A stretch of DNA of 64,000 nt, from the NCBI GenBank assembly GCA_963707025.1, contig CAVPOM010000008.1, forward strand, positions 96,001 through 160,000. Reading direction: 5' to 3'. This document shows positions 60,267 through 64,000 of the stretch, piece after piece. Position 1 is the stretch's first letter. Every line of letters begins with the position of its first letter. This stretch comes from an uncultured Verrucomicrobiae bacterium. Lineage in GTDB: Bacteria; Verrucomicrobiota; Verrucomicrobiia; Limisphaerales; Palsa-1400. The notes below the pieces were generated by a model that made no database searches, was not told where the DNA came from, and was given only the letters and a program-made list of their open reading frames with translations. Both the position numbers and the translations under genes were made by a program.

Positions 60267-61308
60267 TCAATTCCTTCGTGGAATGCGAATAGATGCAGTT
60301 TTTCCCTGCACGCGAATCTCAACTGGCGTCCAGGACAACTGGATGGTTTCCGGGCCAACGTCCTCATGTTTTGCCATTTCTGTGAGCGAAGGGCGAATGT
60401 AGCGTTCCAGAAAAACGGACATGGTCTTGCCTGGCCTTGGATTCCAGGTGCGCCCAGGCATCCGCACCGACATGGTGTTTGCCGCGGTTTGTTTTGAACG
60501 CTTCGATAAGCTCGTCTAGGCGCGGCGAAGGGGTCGGGTCGAGAACGATGAGCACGGGGGTCAAGCCGGCCGCGCCAGCTTCGCGGGGAAAGGACAGTTC
60601 TTCAGCGAAGCGGCCTTGACCGCTCGCCGCGATGGTGACGCGCAATTTGAATTCGTAGGCGAGGTGATGCTCACCGTCGTAGCAGTCAATCTGGCGGCCT
60701 TCGCCGGTTGGTTCGCCGCGCTCGTTCAGGCGTTTTACCGGCGAGTGCTTTGAGCCGACAGCCTCACCGCCCAGACAACTGGCCAGCACCGGTTCAAATA
60801 AATATCCCGTTTCCTGCGCTGCCCGGTTGTCCAGGTCGAAAATCCATTTCCGCCAAACGAGCCACGAGGCGAGCAAGGCATCATCCACTCCGCCATATTC
60901 CAGCAGGCTGCGTGGACCAATTTGATTCATGGTGGGCTTTGGCTGGGTGGAAAGGATGCGTTGGTACTTGCGCCGACGTTTATGGAGGGTGGCAAGGTTC
61001 TCAAAGTAGAGGCGGAAGTCGGCCTCCTGCGCGGCACATGATGAGAGGCTCTCCAAAAGCAATGTCGCAGTTGGACAGCCAGCCTGGGGTGTTTGAAACC
61101 ACGCAAGAGGAATTCGGAAATAATCGGCCCCGGGTGGAGCAACGGAGAGCTCCGGCAAATGGGAAACAGACTCAGCCACAGCCAAATCGCGGCAGCATTG
61201 AGCCAGCAGACAGAACAACTCATTCTCGGAAAGCGCCACACGGTCATCCCCGTTTCCCAGAATTCTAGCGGCGCTGAAAGCTTTTTTGATTTCGGCGGAA
61301 ACAGGCAT
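60267..61308 (-). CDS. Putative type II restriction endonuclease (frameshift near 60430)
   Basis: GYLFEP...RQIDC......AYEFKLR (PD-(D/E)xK-like); directly downstream of a C5 MTase. Confidence 0.7.
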
Positions 61309-61314
61309 TGGTCC

Positions 61315-62682
61315 TCAAGGGTTGGGTTGTTCGAGCAAGTCCAATTGTTCGGTTCGGGAATCTGACAATTCAGCCAGCAGAAATTCAGTTCGCGCCAGGG
61401 CCGGACTCATGCCTTCCGAGCGCGTCAGACTGAAGCGCAGGGCGGGGCGGGCAGCGCCCTGATAGCTGGGTTGGAAGCCGTAGGTCCGCACGATGTGCTC
61501 GGCAATCCTTCGCGCGAGCAAGGGAGGGATGGCGTTTCCAATCTGCTGGATTCGACTGGCGGCGCTGCCGGTGAATCGGAACCAGTCTGGAAACGTTTGC
61601 AGGCGGGAGCATTCGCGCAGCGTGAGCAAACGGTCTTCCGTCGGATGCACAAATTCGCGGGTGGCCGCGCCGGTAATGGTCAGACTTGGCTCGCCGGCAA
61701 TGAGCCGCTTCAAGCCGGAGGGCGCCCCGCCGCGTTTCTCGACCGGCGTTCCATCCATCACGCGGCGAAAGGCGCGCCGGCGAAAGGATTCATGCTGCAA
61801 GTCCTCAGGCAAGTCCTTCATGGTCTGGCCGGGCCGCAAGGCGCGCACGCGCTCCAACTGGATTCCTGACAGCGCGGGCGCGCAGTGGTCGGTGATGCTT
61901 TTTGCTGCTCCCCGCAAATAAGCCTGCAGTTCGTTGTGTGGCCGCCCGCCATATTCCAGCGCACGCTCCGCGTCCTGACTCGCTGGCGGGAGATCACTGG
62001 TGGCGGTCAGAAATGTGACTTCGCCTTTCCGAAAAATGCTGCCCGAAAACGGCGTGACCGGTTTGGGGAAAAGAAAATCGTGTCCCAGGCGATTGCCAAC
62101 GATGAGCACCCGTTTGCGCCGCTGGGGAACCCCGTAGCCTTGAGCGTAAACCTTCTCGACGTTGACGGAATACCCCGCTGCCAAAAACACCTCAACCGCA
62201 TCCCGAATGTGCAAGCCACCCGCGTTGGTCAGGAGTCCCTCAACATTTTCCATGACAAACCATTTCGGGCGAAGGCCTTCCAGCAAGCGGACATAATGGC
62301 AGAGCAGAAAGTTGCGCGGGTCGTCGCCGGACTTCACCCCCGCGCTGCTGAATCCCTGGCACGGCGGCCCGCCGAGCAGGATGTCCAGTTCGCCGTCATC
62401 CAGACCGATGCATTCCAGCAAGGATGCAACGCCCAGCTCCCGGATGTCTGCCGCCACACAATGAGTTTTGCCAAAGTTGCCGCGGTAGGATTCAACTGCA
62501 TCGGCATCAATGTCAGTCGCACACCGAATATCGTAATCCGCCTGTTGAAATCCGAGCGAACAGCCGCCGGCGCCAGCGAACAGGCTAACCGCGGTTGGCC
62601 TGCAATGTCGGGAGTCCCGGTCGGTGAATGTTTTGACCAACTGCTTCACCGGTTTAAACGCTTGATCGAAATTGGAAGGCAT
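61315..62682 (-). CDS. DNA cytosine-C5 methyltransferase (start uncertain)
   Basis: SLFAGAGG, GGPPCQGFS, MENVEG, PQRRKR, RLQTFPD, IGNAIPP. Confidence 0.93.
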   Translation of the reverse strand: MPSNFDQAFKPVKQLVKTFTDRDSRHCRPTAVSLFAGAGGCSLGFQQADYDIRCATDIDADAVESYRGNFGKTHCVAADIRELGVASLLECIGLDDGELDILLGGPPCQGFSSAGVKSGDDPRNFLLCHYVRLLEGLRPKWFVMENVEGLLTNAGGLHIRDAVEVFLAAGYSVNVEKVYAQGYGVPQRRKRVLIVGNRLGHDFLFPKPVTPFSGSIFRKGEVTFLTATSDLPPASQDAERALEYGGRPHNELQAYLRGAAKSITDHCAPALSGIQLERVRALRPGQTMKDLPEDLQHESFRRRAFRRVMDGTPVEKRGGAPSGLKRLIAGEPSLTITGAATREFVHPTEDRLLTLRECSRLQTFPDWFRFTGSAASRIQQIGNAIPPLLARRIAEHIVRTYGFQPSYQGAARPALRFSLTRSEGMSPALARTEFLLAELSDSRTEQLDLLEQPNP

Positions 62683-63150
62683 CTCCCAGGACGGTAACAA
62701 CAAGCAGGGGCCAGTGGCAAGCGCGGCGGGGCGGAAGCGGGAAACTTCAGGGAGCGGTCGGGGTGCGAGGACGGCAGGGCGGGGCGGACGGATCGGGTGC
62801 GGTTGGGCCGGGAGGGCGGCAGGGCGGCGCGGATGAACCCGGCTCCATTGCATGGAACAATCCCTTGCCCATGAACCGGCTCCGCGCCTTGCACCCCATC
62901 TGCCAGGCCGTGATCCAATTGCGCCGCGGGGACCAGCGCGCCGCCGAATTGGGTTTCGCTCCGGCACGCCGGCACCGCAGCGCTCCGCCCTCCCATCTCT
63001 TGGGCTCCATCAAGCCAAATCAAGCCAAATCAAAGTAATTTTTTTTACAACTGCGCCTCTGCCGGCCGGCAAGGCGTCCTTCAACGGTGGGAGGGACTTT
63101 TGGCGGAGGCGGCTTGACTTGGGGGGCGGAGTTGGGATAGGGTCGCCGCC

Positions 63151-64000
63151 ATGAATCGCTGGTATATTCGAGTTTTTTTGGTGGGTCTGGCGGTAGTGCT
63201 GTTTCCGTTCCGGTCGCCGGCGCCGCTGGTCTATCGTCCTGGTGAAGGCTGGAGTTATGAAAGCCCGTCGGGCAAGGCGGTGGACTGGCACAAGCTGCGG
63301 GCCAAGGATCAGTTGGAAGTGGCGCAGGCGGCGTTCGATAAAAAGGATTACAAGCTGGCGATGAAAGCGGCGTTGCGCGTGGTGACGGTCTGGCCGTTGT
63401 CGGATTACGCGCCGCAGGGCCAATATCTGGTGGGGCGCTGCTACGAGGAGCACCACCAGGATGAGAAGGCCTTCAAGGCCTACGATCAGTTGCTGGGCAA
63501 GTTTCCGAAAATGAAGAGCGCGCAGGAAATCCAGGGCCGCCAATTCGAGATCGCCAACCGCTTTCTGGCGGGGGAATGGATCAAGCTGTTTGGCTATGTC
63601 CCGTTTTTCCCGTCCATGGACAAAGCGGCGGAGATGTATGGGGATATTGTCCGGTTCGGCCCGTATGGGCCTTACGGCCCGGCCTCGCAAATGAACATCG
63701 GGGCGGCGCGGGAAAAGCAAAAGGATTACCAACTGGCGGTGCAGGCCTATGAAACGGCGGCGGATCGTTACAGCGCCCAGCACGAAGTGGCGGCCACCGC
63801 GCTCTACAAGGCGGCGCTGGCCTGGAACAAGCAGGCGCGCAAAGCCGATTACGACCAGAGCGCCGCCGGCCAGGCGATTGCGTCGTTCAACGATTTTAAG
63901 GCGCTGTATCCCGGGGACCCGCGGGAGGCGGAGGCGAACAAGATCATTGCGTCGCTGAAATTGGAGCAGGCGCGGGGCGATTTTTCCATTGCGCAGTTTT
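63151..64000 (+). CDS. bamD: Outer-membrane assembly factor BamD-like TPR protein (runs off the window; absent from the ORF track)
   Basis: MNRWYIRVFLVGLAVVLFP signal; TPR helices AQAAFDKKDY...WPLSDYAP, YDQSAA..AI..FNDF..LYP. Confidence 0.8.
   Translation, partial: MNRWYIRVFLVGLAVVLFPFRSPAPLVYRPGEGWSYESPSGKAVDWHKLRAKDQLEVAQAAFDKKDYKLAMKAALRVVTVWPLSDYAPQGQYLVGRCYEEHHQDEKAFKAYDQLLGKFPKMKSAQEIQGRQFEIANRFLAGEWIKLFGYVPFFPSMDKAAEMYGDIVRFGPYGPYGPASQMNIGAAREKQKDYQLAVQAYETAADRYSAQHEVAATALYKAALAWNKQARKADYDQSAAGQAIASFNDFKALYPGDPREAEANKIIASLKLEQARGDFSIAQF

Noticed and set aside
63009..63033. ATCAAGCCAA short tandem repeat
   Set aside because: Only about 2.5 copies of 10 bp, with no supportable function.
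63010..63783. 257-aa minus-strand ORF
   Set aside because: Antisense shadow of bamD.

Overview
Bacterial DNA, probably Verrucomicrobiota (inferred from the style of BamD, the RsmA-NUDIX fusion, and the integrase/excisionase and small basic protein families; not verified). About 1-56.7 kb is an accessory island whose right end is a tyrosine integrase next to the 3' end of tRNA-Cys(GCA). The island is dense in defence-type genes: Wadjet jetABCD; an IetAS-like AAA ATPase + S8 protease; a nucleotidyltransferase coupled to a 1737-aa wHTH-NACHT-helical repeat-nuclease protein; a ~14-kb minus-strand string (PLD-SNF2 helicase, N6-adenine MTase, Mrr-like, Lit-like peptidase, GGCT-like, DUF3644, PIN-like, SLOG/DprA-like, UDG-like); and an SNF2 helicase + actin/Hsp70-fold ATPase pair. 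It also carries secreted glycoside hydrolase cargo, small metabolic genes and decayed antitoxin/integrase remnants. Right of the tRNA is visibly more GC-rich core genome (rsmA-NUDIX, class III aminotransferase, queE, bamD) with an inserted C5-MTase/endonuclease pair. Many genes are broken by apparent single-base frameshifts, probably long-read assembly errors, so fusions and pseudogene calls need care. The best candidate for an undescribed system is the nucleotidyltransferase + NLR-like protein operon at 11375-17204. All family calls come from motif recognition by eye, not database searches.
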